From Candidatus Latescibacterota bacterium (GTDB lineage Bacteria > Latescibacterota > UBA2968 > UBA8231), in NCBI GenBank assembly GCA_965205655.1, contig CBDBIJ010000091.1, forward strand, positions 1 through 64,000: a stretch of DNA of 64,000 nucleotides. The letters are read 5' to 3'. Position 1 is the first letter of the stretch. The number at the start of each line of letters is the position of its first letter. Made by a program: the position numbers and the translations under genes. This document shows positions 9,246 to 19,579 of this stretch, one piece after another. The notes beneath the pieces were generated by a model. It was given only the letters and a program-made list of their open reading frames with translations, did not search any database and was not told the origin of the DNA.

Positions 9246-12200
9246 ATGATCCCGGCCCCTTTCTCTACAAGGCAGTTCCGGATCGCCATGGCCTGCGTCC
9301 TCGGAGCGTTCGGTTGCTCTCCCGAATTCGACGAGCCCCGAGGGCCGGGCCAGCTCGCCGACCCATCTGCGGCCGATCGAACCGGCCAGACGCGCCACGA
9401 GCATGAGATGCGGCCGCACTCCTCTGTTTCGGTGTGGTTCGAGGATGTCACCACCGCTGCCGGCATATCATTCGTGCACACGAGCGGCGCCAGCGGTCGC
9501 AAGTTCGGCGTGGAGACGATCGGCTCGGGAGCCGCCTTCGTCGACTACGACAACGACGGACATGTGGATCTCTACGTCGTCAACGGAGCAGATTTACCGG
9601 GGTACACGTCGGAATCGACGCCGCGCAACGCTCTGTATCACAACGCCGGCAACGGCGAGTTCGAGGAGATGGCTGCCGACGCAGGTGTTGCGGATGAGCG
9701 CTACGGCATGGGCGTCAGCGCCGGTGACTACGACAACGATGGCGACACCGACCTGTTCGTGAGCAACTTCGGGCCGAATCGCCTGTATCGAAACGAGGGA
9801 TTGGCCGGTGGGTGGAAATTCATCGATGTCGCCGGTGGCAACGCTCTCGGAGATGACGACAGCTGGTCGACGGGGTGCGCCTTTGCCGACTACGATCTGG
9901 ATGGGGACCTCGATCTCTACGTCGCCAACTATCTGGAATACGCATTCGAGGAGGATGCGCTGGCGCCAGGTGGGACACTCCCAACACTCCGACGCCACCT
10001 GGCTCCCACCGAGTATGCCGGGAGACGGGACTTTCTGTATCGCAACGATGGCGGCGATCGGTTCGCCGACGTCACGGAGGCGGCGGGATTACTCAGTCTC
10101 CGGTGTCGAGAGCTCGGTGTCCTGTTCTTCGATTTCGACGACGACGGCGACCCGGACATGTTTCAGGGCAACGACGCCACTCCGAATTTCCTCTACCGCA
10201 ATGACGGCGACGGCGCCTTCGCGGAGATCGGCCTGATGGCCGGCGTGGCCTATAACGAGGCCGGCAAGCCCGAGGGGACGATGGGAGTCGACGCGGCAGA
10301 CGTGGACGGGGACGGCCGTCTCGATCTCGTGATGACGAATTTTCAATGGGAAAGCAACACGCTCTACAGAAATTTGGGCGGTGGCCGATTCAAAGACGCC
10401 ACGAGGGAAGCGGGTATTGGAACCACAAGCTTCGATCGCCTCGCATTCGGGACGAACTTCCTCGACGTGGACAACGATGGCGATCAAGACCTGTACGTGG
10501 CGAACGGTCACATCGACGAGAATATCGCTGAGTTCGACCGCGCCGCGGCATATGGACAGCCGGACCAGTTATATCTCAACGACGGCGCGGGCCGCTTCAT
10601 CGACACGGCGGAGAGAGCCGGGCCGTTCTTCGCCAGGAGCATGGTCGGCCGGGGTTCGGCGGTCGCCGACTACGACAACGACGGCGACCGGGATCTGTTC
10701 ATCGTCAATACGGCTCAGCCCGCGGTGCTGTTGCGCAACGATACACCGACGGAAAATAGATGGCTCGCTCTGCGCTTGAAGGGAACGGTGAGCAATCGAG
10801 ACGGGTACGGCGCCCGTGTCGAGGTGCAATCGGGTGACCTCGTGCAGGTGGCAGAGGCGCGGAGCGCGAGCAGCTATCTCTCCCAGAGCGATCCGCGGTT
10901 GTTCTTCGGGCTCGGAAGCCGCGAGACCATCGACCGGGTCAGTATCCGCTGGCCGTCCGGGAGACATCAGCAAGTACTGGCAGTAGCGACGAATCAGATT
11001 CTCGAGGTGATCGAGCCGGCCGCTCCAGGGACGGTAGCATCGTCGAAGACGCCAGACGACAGCCCACTAGCAGAGACTGAATCCCGGAGTCCGGCAGATC
11101 TCGAACTGCTGTGGGAGAGGGCGCCGCTGGTGTTCCCCGCCTCGCTTCGGCGGCAACCGTCTCCTGAGCTAGCGGATACCGACAGTCTGGACGCACTCGT
11201 AGAAGCTTCGCCCGGGAGCGCGAGGGTTCACCTGGAGCTGGCCGACGCGCTACTGCGAGGCGGCAGGCACGCGGACGCCGAAGCTCACTATCGGACGGCG
11301 CTGGCGCTGGAGCCCGGTGACGCATCGTCCCACGTGGGTCTGGGCAAGATCCACAGCGCCCGGGGAACGTTCGCGCCGGCAGTACGGCACTTCGATCAGG
11401 CAATCCGGATCGACCCCGACAATGCGGAACCGCATTACCTGCTGGGCAACATCGCCGTCCGTAGCGAGCAGCTCAGACGCGCTATCGGGCACTATGAAGA
11501 AGCCCTGGCCCGCAACCCGCAGCACGCACTCGCCCACTACAACCTGGCGGGCACACACGCGCGCCAAACCGACTTTCGCCCCGCCATCGACGCTATCGAG
11601 CGAGGAATCGAGGCGCTGCCCAAAAGCGCAGAGCTGAGGTTGCGACTGGCGCATATTCTGTTCATCCAGGCGCGCTACGATGCGGCGCTGGAGCAGCTGC
11701 AGGAGGTCGCAGAACTCGAACCCGATCACGACGAGTTGCATGCACAGACGGCGCGGGTATTCCGCCAGATGGGGCAGGTCGATGCCGCCCGGAGTAGGCT
11801 ACAGAAGGGACTGGAAGCGGATTCGACCGATGCCGCTCTCAACGCGCAGCTGGGAACCTTGTTGCTCGAAGACGGAGAGCCGCAGGCGGCGGAGAGACAT
11901 TTGGTTCGGGCTATTCGCGAGAATCCGGATGACGCCGAGGCCTACTACGCCCTGGGACATGCGCACATCGGTCAAGGTGAAACGGCACGCGGTGAGCTCG
12001 TGCTCGATTTTTTCAGACGCCTGCAGGAAAGCGACGACGAGCTGTCTAAATACAAGACCGCCATTGCCCTCAACCCGAGCGACTCGGAGGCCCTGTACGA
12101 CCTCGGCGCGGTGTACTCTCGCATTGGGCGCTTCGAGGCGGCGCGGCAGGCCTACGGCGCCTGTCTGGCGATCAGGCCCGATCACGCGGACGCCCTCAAC

Positions 12201-12503
12201 AATCTGGGCAACATCTACCTGCGACGGCATCAGGTCGAGATGGCGGTGGAGATCTACGTACAGGCGCTCGAGCATGATCCGACAAACGCCCGGGCGCGCC
12301 GCAATCTCGGCAACGCCTATCTTCTCTCGGGAGACGAGGAGCGAGCCACAGAAGCCTTTGAGCAGGCGGTAAATTCGGATTCCACTCATGCCGCCACACA
12401 CTTGATCTTGTCTCGGCTCTACTCGAAGCGCGATCGGGCCGCAGATGCGGAAAGAGCGTTGGCCTCGTACCGTCGTTTGACTCAGTCTGCCGGCAGTCGT
12501 TGA
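9246..12503 (+). CDS. CRTAC1/ASPIC-UnbV family FG-GAP repeat protein fused to a C-terminal TPR array
   Basis: Many DYDNDGxxDL repeats, ASPIC/UnbV domain (SNRDGYGARV...YLSQSDPRLFFGLG...WPSG), then multiple TPRs. Start is probably ATG 9246 or 9288 (lipobox-like AFGC), not 8706. Confidence 0.92.
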   Translation: MIPAPFSTRQFRIAMACVLGAFGCSPEFDEPRGPGQLADPSAADRTGQTRHEHEMRPHSSVSVWFEDVTTAAGISFVHTSGASGRKFGVETIGSGAAFVDYDNDGHVDLYVVNGADLPGYTSESTPRNALYHNAGNGEFEEMAADAGVADERYGMGVSAGDYDNDGDTDLFVSNFGPNRLYRNEGLAGGWKFIDVAGGNALGDDDSWSTGCAFADYDLDGDLDLYVANYLEYAFEEDALAPGGTLPTLRRHLAPTEYAGRRDFLYRNDGGDRFADVTEAAGLLSLRCRELGVLFFDFDDDGDPDMFQGNDATPNFLYRNDGDGAFAEIGLMAGVAYNEAGKPEGTMGVDAADVDGDGRLDLVMTNFQWESNTLYRNLGGGRFKDATREAGIGTTSFDRLAFGTNFLDVDNDGDQDLYVANGHIDENIAEFDRAAAYGQPDQLYLNDGAGRFIDTAERAGPFFARSMVGRGSAVADYDNDGDRDLFIVNTAQPAVLLRNDTPTENRWLALRLKGTVSNRDGYGARVEVQSGDLVQVAEARSASSYLSQSDPRLFFGLGSRETIDRVSIRWPSGRHQQVLAVATNQILEVIEPAAPGTVASSKTPDDSPLAETESRSPADLELLWERAPLVFPASLRRQPSPELADTDSLDALVEASPGSARVHLELADALLRGGRHADAEAHYRTALALEPGDASSHVGLGKIHSARGTFAPAVRHFDQAIRIDPDNAEPHYLLGNIAVRSEQLRRAIGHYEEALARNPQHALAHYNLAGTHARQTDFRPAIDAIERGIEALPKSAELRLRLAHILFIQARYDAALEQLQEVAELEPDHDELHAQTARVFRQMGQVDAARSRLQKGLEADSTDAALNAQLGTLLLEDGEPQAAERHLVRAIRENPDDAEAYYALGHAHIGQGETARGELVLDFFRRLQESDDELSKYKTAIALNPSDSEALYDLGAVYSRIGRFEAARQAYGACLAIRPDHADALNNLGNIYLRRHQVEMAVEIYVQALEHDPTNARARRNLGNAYLLSGDEERATEAFEQAVNSDSTHAATHLILSRLYSKRDRAADAERALASYRRLTQSAGSR

Positions 12504-12504
12504 G

Positions 12505-13446
12505 TCAATCGGCCGAGTAGCGCTTCACTTGTCCCCAGCTGTGAGGTGCGATCGACGTGGCGGGGACGTCCCGCGCCATCGCAGCACAGCGGAAGCCGAT
12601 GATGACGGACGAGGGGGTCTGTGGAAAACCGCTGCGCTCGGTCGTGCGCAGCCGTCTCGGGGGGCTGCCATACGAGCCGCCGCGGAGGACGCGCTGAAGG
12701 CCGGTTTCCGGCCCCTGCGGGTCGTGCATCGGGCTCGTGGAGTAGTATTGTTCGGCGTACCAGTCCATGACGAACTCCCACACGTTGCCCGCCATGTCGT
12801 GTGCTCCATAGGGCGAGGCGCCTGCGGGGGAGCTGCCGACGGGCGCGGAACGAAGATAGCCGTCACTGTCATCAAGGCCGCAGGGCCTGGGCTGACTGCT
12901 TATCGGGCAATCGTCTTTTCCGTAGTTGGCATGAGACCTGGTTATGCCCTCTCCCCACGGGTAAGCAGCGCCGTCGGTCCCGCGGGCCGCCTTTTCCCAC
13001 ATCGCCTCCGTCGGTAGCCGCAGCCCGGCCCATTCACAGTAGGCCCTGGCCCCGTACCAGCTCACCTCCACCGCCGGTCGTTGAGCCATATCGGACGACT
13101 CCAGCTCAAAGGCATCTCCTGAATAGTGTATCTGGCGGTCCACATCGTTCAGATCGAGATACTCGTGACCCAGGCTGTCCCAGTTGCCGACGGCACCGAC
13201 AAAGGCGAGGTAGCTGGCGTTCGTGACCTCGAACTTGTCGATGTAGAAGGCGTCGAGATGGACTGTGTGAACCGGTCGCTCGTCGGGTTTGCCACTGTCC
13301 GAGCCCATGGTGAAGGATCCCTCTGGGACGAGGACCATCTCGTGCCGGGTGCCGGCGGGCGTTGGGACAACCGTCGACTGCTGTCCGAGAAGAGGGCTGG
13401 CGAGAAGGAGTAGAGTCACCCCGCACAGGGCGAGCAGCGGCCTCAT
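12505..13446 (-). CDS. Secreted formylglycine-generating-enzyme (SUMF1)-fold protein with SWGQVK tail
   Basis: FTMGS...DERPVH, FEVTN, RLPTEAMWEKAARG, DMAGNVWE, RVLRGGS, IGFRC; signal peptide. Confidence 0.93.
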   Translation of the reverse strand: MRPLLALCGVTLLLLASPLLGQQSTVVPTPAGTRHEMVLVPEGSFTMGSDSGKPDERPVHTVHLDAFYIDKFEVTNASYLAFVGAVGNWDSLGHEYLDLNDVDRQIHYSGDAFELESSDMAQRPAVEVSWYGARAYCEWAGLRLPTEAMWEKAARGTDGAAYPWGEGITRSHANYGKDDCPISSQPRPCGLDDSDGYLRSAPVGSSPAGASPYGAHDMAGNVWEFVMDWYAEQYYSTSPMHDPQGPETGLQRVLRGGSYGSPPRRLRTTERSGFPQTPSSVIIGFRCAAMARDVPATSIAPHSWGQVKRYSAD

Positions 13447-15032
13447 TCCACGATCTCGATGCGGTCGCCGGAGCTCAACACGACCTCCGTTTCCCGTCCG
13501 GAAGGCCAGAAGACCCGCACCGTCGCCGTGTCGGCGCCGGAGAGCGCGATCGGCAGCCAGTCGCTGTTCTGGCTCACAAACCCCTGGCCACTGCGGATCG
13601 TGTAGTAGTGAGTCCGGTTGCCCGTCACCTCGAGCCGGGCGCCAATTGCAGAGCGGTTCGAGGCGGTGCCCACCAGATGCACGACCGCCGTGGAGGGCGC
13701 GCCTTCCGGATATTGGACGTAGTACGCGGCGAGCTCGTCCTCGGCCTCGCCGCCGCCGCGGTGCCCGCCGAGGCTCCAGAAGATATCGGTGTCGCCGTCG
13801 TGGTCCGGGTCCCCGAGCGCCGCTCCGTGGTGCCAGGAGAATCCGTGCCCCGCCAGGAAGTCGTCGCTGCAGCGGTGGAAGCCGAGGGAATCGCCATCGC
13901 TACAGAAAGCGAGCGGCGCACGGGCGGCGAAGGGCGCGCCAGTTCCGATGAGCAGATCGGGCCAGCCGTCGTCGTCGAGGTCACCGACAGCGAGTCCCAT
14001 CGTGTTCTCGTCCTCCATTGGATGTACGGCCATGTCCAGCCCGATCTCAGCCCCGACCGGGGCGAAGGTGCCGTTGCGATTGTTCAAAAAGACGTAATCC
14101 TGATAGGACCAGCGTCCGAGATAGAGGTCGTCCCAACCATCCTGATTGAAATCGTCGACGGCCGCGCAGAACGCGTGAAAGACCTCGAACGAATCGTCGT
14201 CGGACGGTTCAGGATCGAGGTCGAAGGAAACCCGCGCAAACACAGTGCCGCCGTCGTTGCGAAACAGAGCGTGTTCCCCGTATTCGCCCATCGTGATGTA
14301 GAGATCCGGGTCGCCGTCCCGGTCGTAGTCGATCCAGACCGGATTCTTCAGCAGGCCGGCCGGAGGAATCAGTCCCACCGACTCCGACACCTCCTCGAAG
14401 GTGCCGTCGCCCCGGTTGCGGTAGAGCAGGAGCATCGGCGTAGGCATGGTGAGGCCGATTCTCGTGACTACCAGATCGAGAAACGAGTCGCGGTCATAGT
14501 CCGCGAAGCTCGCACCCCACCAGTCCCCGACGAAGGGCTCGATCTGCGCCTCCGTGGTAATGTCCACGAAGTTCCCGCCCTCGGGAACGTCGTTGCGGTA
14601 GAGGGCGCACGGCAGCTCGCCTTCGTATCCGCCGTTCACGAGGAAGAGATCCGGGTCGCCGTCGTTGTCTACGTCGCCCCAGACCCCCGTCCAGTTGGAA
14701 GCGAGAGCAGAGCGCGGAATCCCGGTGTCGAAGAGCTCGAAGGTCCCATCGCCGCGATTCCGGTAGAGGGCAGATGCTCCCACCGTATCGGATTGCCAGA
14801 GATCCTCCCACCCGTCCCCGTCCACATCGACGAAGGCGGCGCCACGCCCATGCAATGAGCCAGCGGCCTGCAACCCGGCGCGCTCCGCCTCCTGACATCG
14901 CGTTCGGCCACACGGCGAGACGCCGGGCGGACTGCCCGGGTCAGTGCAGCCGATTGGCATTCCGAGCAGAATCGAGCACAGCAACGAATGGGCGGCCAAC
15001 CGGCTGCGACTCCCCAATTCGACCCGTCCCAC
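13443..15032 (-). CDS. CRTAC1/ASPIC-UnbV family FG-GAP lipoprotein
   Basis: DxDxDGxxDL repeats, SNRSAIGARL...FVSQNS...WPSG; probable lipobox PIGC. Confidence 0.9.
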   Translation of the reverse strand: MGRVELGSRSRLAAHSLLCSILLGMPIGCTDPGSPPGVSPCGRTRCQEAERAGLQAAGSLHGRGAAFVDVDGDGWEDLWQSDTVGASALYRNRGDGTFELFDTGIPRSALASNWTGVWGDVDNDGDPDLFLVNGGYEGELPCALYRNDVPEGGNFVDITTEAQIEPFVGDWWGASFADYDRDSFLDLVVTRIGLTMPTPMLLLYRNRGDGTFEEVSESVGLIPPAGLLKNPVWIDYDRDGDPDLYITMGEYGEHALFRNDGGTVFARVSFDLDPEPSDDDSFEVFHAFCAAVDDFNQDGWDDLYLGRWSYQDYVFLNNRNGTFAPVGAEIGLDMAVHPMEDENTMGLAVGDLDDDGWPDLLIGTGAPFAARAPLAFCSDGDSLGFHRCSDDFLAGHGFSWHHGAALGDPDHDGDTDIFWSLGGHRGGGEAEDELAAYYVQYPEGAPSTAVVHLVGTASNRSAIGARLEVTGNRTHYYTIRSGQGFVSQNSDWLPIALSGADTATVRVFWPSGRETEVVLSSGDRIEIVE

Positions 15033-15034
15033 CG

Positions 15035-17299
15035 CTACAGGTCTCCCTTTTTAGGGCGCTGCTCTCCAAGCCGATAGCGGCGGAGCGTCAGAATGGTGAA
15101 TTCTTCCTGCCCTTCTACAATCTCGACGGCCGCATCCAGCGGCATATCGGTGTAGACCTGTCGTTGGGCCGTCGTCGGCCAGAAGACCTCCAGACGCTCT
15201 ATGTGCGAGGCAGCGCCCAGCCCAATGGTCTGGCGCAACGGATTGGCTCCGAAGGTGCCACCGCTGTTGACGTGCCTGTAGATGGAGCGCCGCCGGCCGC
15301 TTTCGTCCACGACATCGAGGCTAATTCGGGCCCCGATGGCGGAGCGGTTCGAGGTGACACCGACGATTTTAACGGTGATCCAATGCGTGCCGAATCCAGG
15401 ATTTTCGTAGAGGCTGTCGCCGAATCGGTCACCTGGATACGCACCGCCCATCTGTTCGAAGATGTCCTGGTCGCCGTCGTGGTCGAGGTCGGCAAAGACG
15501 ACGGCGTGGCCCTTCTGAAGGTGTCCGAACCCGCCCGCGGTGGTGACGTCGGCGAAGCGTTCCCCGCCCCGATTGTGGTAGAGCACATTCGGCATGAGGC
15601 TCTCGTAGGTGACGTCGCCGGTTCCGAGATAGAAGTCGAGGTAACCGTCGTTGTCGACGTCGCCGAAGTTCGAGCCCATGGGCGAGGCTGGGCGCGCCAG
15701 GCCGCGCTGAGTGGTCACATCCTCGAAGCCGCCATGGCCATCGCCGCGATACAGTCGCGCCAGCTCGCTCTCGAAGGGGAGATTCAGGTATGCGGCGGCC
15801 ATCTCACCGATATCGATGGCATAGGAGGATACGTACAGATCCAGGACCCCATCGTTGTCGAAGTCCCAGAACCAGGCGGGGAAACTCTTGAGCGGTGTCG
15901 CGACAGAAAGATCGCGGGCCACGTCAGAAAAGGTTCCGTCGCGATTGTTGCGGTAGAGGCGATTTTCCCCGTTCAGGTTCGACACGTACAGATCCGGAAA
16001 GCGGTCGTCGTCGTAATCGCCCCACACGACGGCCTTGGCGAGGTAGTAGTTCTCGACTCCGGCCTGCCCGGCGACGTCCAGAAAGGTTCCGTCGCCCTCG
16101 TTGCGGAACAGCTGGCACGGGGCGAGCAGTTCGTCGGTGGACTCGTTGCCCACGTACAGATCGAGGTCACCGTCGTTGTCGTAGTCGGCCCAGGACGCTG
16201 TCTGGGTCGGGTAGGACACCTCCGCCAGGCCGGCGGCGAAGGTCATGTCGATGAAGGTCCCGTCGCCGTTGTTGTGCAGCAGTGAGTTTGGGTGTCGTCC
16301 CGCTGTGCCGCACCAGGCGCCTCGCAGGACGAGGGCATCGACGTTGCCGTCGTTGTCGTAGTCGGCTTGCAACAGATTCAGGCCGCCGTAGAGACCCTCC
16401 AACCCGGCCTCCGTCGTACGCTCGGAAAATGTGCCGTCGCGCTCATTCAGGAAAAATCGGATCTGGCCGGACGTGTCCCAGGTGGAGACGAGGAGGTCGA
16501 GGTAGCCGTCGTTGTCGAAATCATCTGCAATGGCGCCACCCGATAGACTGAAGGTGTTAAGCCCCAACTGCGGCGCGATGTTCGTAAAACGGGGAAAGGG
16601 CTCGTCGGATTCGAACGCCTCTGGAGGAATGAGGTGGGATTCAGGCACCTCATGCGGGTACTGTCCAAGTGTCATGTAGGCGATGTTCAGCAGCCAGCGG
16701 GCGCGCAGATGCACGGGCTCCCCTTCAGCTGCGCCCTTCAGCACGTCACTGAAGTACTCAATCGCCCGCACCGATCCTTCTTGCACCGTGTGGATTCCAC
16801 CTCCCTGAATGGGCAGGATGCAGCTTTCCGGATTGTGGCGGAGGCAACAATTCTGCGTCTCTCCCAAACGCATATAGGCGAGACCGAGTCGAAAGTCGAG
16901 CTCGGCAGCACCGGCAGGCGTCGCTTGTGCGGAGGAAAATTGAGTGCGGGCACTCGAGAGCTGATCGATAGCCTGGCGTTCGTTGCCAAGAAAGAGCTCC
17001 GCCACCCCGAGCCGATACTGCAGATTCACGCGCGCCCGCTCGGGCGCATCGCCAGGCAGGGCCGCCAGCTGAGCTCGCAGTCGAAGTGCCGTGGCCTCGC
17101 CGAGAAACGGGTTTTCATCCGGAGTGCGCCGGCGGATCTCTTCGAGGACCCCAATCATCTTGGCATGGCTGGAGGTCGCGTCGGTCGCCGAGTGAAATTC
17201 CGCGTGGGCCCCAAGGGACCAATCCGCAACGAGGCTCAAACACGGAGATATGACGGCGACCAGCGCCGCAGCCCGAGTGAGACGGAGACGAAATCTCAT
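15035..17299 (-). CDS. CRTAC1/ASPIC-UnbV family protein with an N-terminal TPR-like helical domain
   Basis: FG-GAP repeats, N-terminal RLGETQNCC...CILPI, C-terminal SNRSAIGARI...GGTFGANPL. Likely start ATG 17299. Confidence 0.9.
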   Translation of the reverse strand: MRFRLRLTRAAALVAVISPCLSLVADWSLGAHAEFHSATDATSSHAKMIGVLEEIRRRTPDENPFLGEATALRLRAQLAALPGDAPERARVNLQYRLGVAELFLGNERQAIDQLSSARTQFSSAQATPAGAAELDFRLGLAYMRLGETQNCCLRHNPESCILPIQGGGIHTVQEGSVRAIEYFSDVLKGAAEGEPVHLRARWLLNIAYMTLGQYPHEVPESHLIPPEAFESDEPFPRFTNIAPQLGLNTFSLSGGAIADDFDNDGYLDLLVSTWDTSGQIRFFLNERDGTFSERTTEAGLEGLYGGLNLLQADYDNDGNVDALVLRGAWCGTAGRHPNSLLHNNGDGTFIDMTFAAGLAEVSYPTQTASWADYDNDGDLDLYVGNESTDELLAPCQLFRNEGDGTFLDVAGQAGVENYYLAKAVVWGDYDDDRFPDLYVSNLNGENRLYRNNRDGTFSDVARDLSVATPLKSFPAWFWDFDNDGVLDLYVSSYAIDIGEMAAAYLNLPFESELARLYRGDGHGGFEDVTTQRGLARPASPMGSNFGDVDNDGYLDFYLGTGDVTYESLMPNVLYHNRGGERFADVTTAGGFGHLQKGHAVVFADLDHDGDQDIFEQMGGAYPGDRFGDSLYENPGFGTHWITVKIVGVTSNRSAIGARISLDVVDESGRRRSIYRHVNSGGTFGANPLRQTIGLGAASHIERLEVFWPTTAQRQVYTDMPLDAAVEIVEGQEEFTILTLRRYRLGEQRPKKGDL

Positions 17300-17325
17300 A
17301 CCGCGCGGCTGTGCAGAAAACAGTG

Positions 17326-18726
17326 CTAGGTCGGCTCTTTCAGAAGGCGGTGCCAACCCATGCGGTTGTGGCGCCACCCCAATTCGTCCATGTGGCGGGC
17401 GCGGACCTCTTCGATGTGGCGGCCGTGGAGCTCCGCCTTTTCGGGCGTCAGCTTGTGTTCCTCAAGCAGGTCGGGGTCCAGCTCGACACCGAGACCCGGG
17501 CCGCTGGGGACTTCGAGCATGCCCTGACGGTATTTCATATGGCCGCCGCGAATGACGTCTCCCCCGAACTGATCGTAGTGGGAGTCGAGGGCGTGGAGCG
17601 CAAAAGGAGCGTTGGCCGCGCCCCAGTTGATGTGATGGTTGAGAGAGTAGGGAAACGCGAAGGCGGCGAAGTGGAGACGAATGGCGGTGTCGGGCCCCAG
17701 CTCATAGCCGCTGTGCATGCCGATGTCCATGCCCATGAACCGTGCCGTATCGTAGAAACGCTTGAGCGCCAGAGGACCGCAACTGGCGTCGGGCGCGGAC
17801 ACGTCTGCCGGTTGGTAGCGCCGCATCGCCTCCAGGTTCAACGGGACGTCGAGCCCGCCGTCGGAATAGCGGCCAGCAGTGGTCGGTTGATGGGCGAGCG
17901 GCGGCAGCCAGGCATGTGAAGAGATAGGGACGGTGGTCATCTGGCGCAGTCGATGACCGGCGCGAAATATGTTCTCGAAGCGGCCGCCAACCGGTTCCTC
18001 GATCCACTCGAGGTTACAGTCCTCCACTCCTTTCATGAACTTGAGAGCCTGCGACTCGCTCCACGAAGCGTGAGGATCGACGCGAAGCTCCACGTCCGGT
18101 CCGAGAGCGGCACGAATGTTGTGGACCAGTTCGATGTAGCGCGAGGGCTCGAAGTCGCAGGTGGACAGTTTGATGACCTGAAAGCCGTGCTTGCGGATCG
18201 ACTCCTGCAGGTACTGCGGGTAGTTGTCGAAGGTGACTTCGTTGGCGCCGTTCACGTCGGGGAATCGAGCCCAGGTGTAGGATGCCACGGGGATGTGATC
18301 GTAGCCGACGGGTACGCCCTGAACGACGGGTTCCTCGAGCTCGAAGAGATCGCGCAGATAGCGAAACAGGGGTTTGCCGGCGATCTTGCCCGCCAGATCC
18401 CAGTAGGCCGAGCCCAGATCGGCCCGAATGGCCGGATCGAATGGGTTCTTGCCAACGGTCCGCGCCTTCAGCGCCTCGAGATCGGCCGGGGCTCTGTCGC
18501 ACAGACCAACCAGGCCCCGGTCGGTTTCGAACTCGCCAAAGTTGAAATGGACGGCCGATTCGTCCCATCGCTTCGTGCCGGTCCAGGCCATGATGACGGG
18601 CCAGGTACGGACCTCGCGGATGACATGATTGGCGGTGAGCCCCTCTCCCTGAATGCGCGCCTGGCCTACCTTCAGCCCTGCTACGAGCTGGCGATCGAAA
18701 GCCTCTACTTCATCGACATAATCCAC
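17326..18726 (-). CDS. Mandelate racemase/muconate lactonizing enzyme superfamily protein (glucarate dehydratase-related)
   Basis: AYWDLAGKIAGKPLFRYL, LRVDPHASWS, LEWIEEP, GMHS, ALDSHY, VPSGPGLGVELD. Confidence 0.88.
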   Translation of the reverse strand: MDYVDEVEAFDRQLVAGLKVGQARIQGEGLTANHVIREVRTWPVIMAWTGTKRWDESAVHFNFGEFETDRGLVGLCDRAPADLEALKARTVGKNPFDPAIRADLGSAYWDLAGKIAGKPLFRYLRDLFELEEPVVQGVPVGYDHIPVASYTWARFPDVNGANEVTFDNYPQYLQESIRKHGFQVIKLSTCDFEPSRYIELVHNIRAALGPDVELRVDPHASWSESQALKFMKGVEDCNLEWIEEPVGGRFENIFRAGHRLRQMTTVPISSHAWLPPLAHQPTTAGRYSDGGLDVPLNLEAMRRYQPADVSAPDASCGPLALKRFYDTARFMGMDIGMHSGYELGPDTAIRLHFAAFAFPYSLNHHINWGAANAPFALHALDSHYDQFGGDVIRGGHMKYRQGMLEVPSGPGLGVELDPDLLEEHKLTPEKAELHGRHIEEVRARHMDELGWRHNRMGWHRLLKEPT

Positions 18727-18771
18727 GGGTGGGTGCCCTTCAGGCCGCTTTTGAGCGAGGGGAAGAGTGAG

Positions 18772-19551
18772 CTATTTCTCGGAAGCCAGTTCGTCGTAGG
18801 ACTTCACTTTGCGCACATCCCGTTCGAAGCGAAAGCGCAGATCGAGGGATTCGAGGGGCTCGTCGCGGAAGTCGTACCTCGTGCCCACGCCTGGAAGACG
18901 AAAGGTGATCACCCTGACGTCATTATGTATCTGGGGGAAGAGTATGAAGCCCTCCACGAGCTGGCCGGAAAAAACGAACTCCTCGGCAGGGTAGGATGTA
19001 CGCGTGACGATGTCTCGGCGTTCGGTGAAGCGCTGATAGGCCAGGCCGGTGTAGCCGACTGCGAAGCGACGGAAATACTCCACAATATCGAAATCTCCCC
19101 ACGGATAATAGGTGCGGCCGTTGTCAGACTCGATGGTCGCCTGCAGTGGGTCGAGTTTCACCTTCGGATATTCGTAGTTCTTGACGCTGACCTTGAACAC
19201 GGAGAACCGCAGCGGCGGACCACCGGTCTGCGGGTCCTCCCAGTCGCCGAAGGTCATGGGGATCGTGGGCAGCTCGCCCCCCGGCCCGCCGCCGTCTTTG
19301 GAGAAGGATATGAACTGACGATTGAGCTCATCGTCGGTCATAGGCCGGACCGAGACCTCGAGGCGGCCTCGGATGTAGGCCGCGGTGCCGTCATCGTACA
19401 CCTGGATCGCAGCTGCGGCACCCGGCTCAGGCTGCTGCTTGGCGTTGAAAGGCTTGAAGTGGCCGGGCACCAGGTAGTAGCCGCAACCCCATATCAGGGC
19501 CAGGGTAACCGGAGCCACAAGAAACCGCTCAATATGGATCCGCATAGTCAT
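18772..19551 (-). CDS. Hypothetical lipoprotein
   Basis: Lipobox LIWGC; RBS aggag upstream; protein-like composition; co-oriented in the operon. Confidence 0.8.
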   Translation of the reverse strand: MTMRIHIERFLVAPVTLALIWGCGYYLVPGHFKPFNAKQQPEPGAAAAIQVYDDGTAAYIRGRLEVSVRPMTDDELNRQFISFSKDGGGPGGELPTIPMTFGDWEDPQTGGPPLRFSVFKVSVKNYEYPKVKLDPLQATIESDNGRTYYPWGDFDIVEYFRRFAVGYTGLAYQRFTERRDIVTRTSYPAEEFVFSGQLVEGFILFPQIHNDVRVITFRLPGVGTRYDFRDEPLESLDLRFRFERDVRKVKSYDELASEK

Positions 19552-19579
19552 GATCGTTTCTCCTGCCAGTGCCGCGCCG

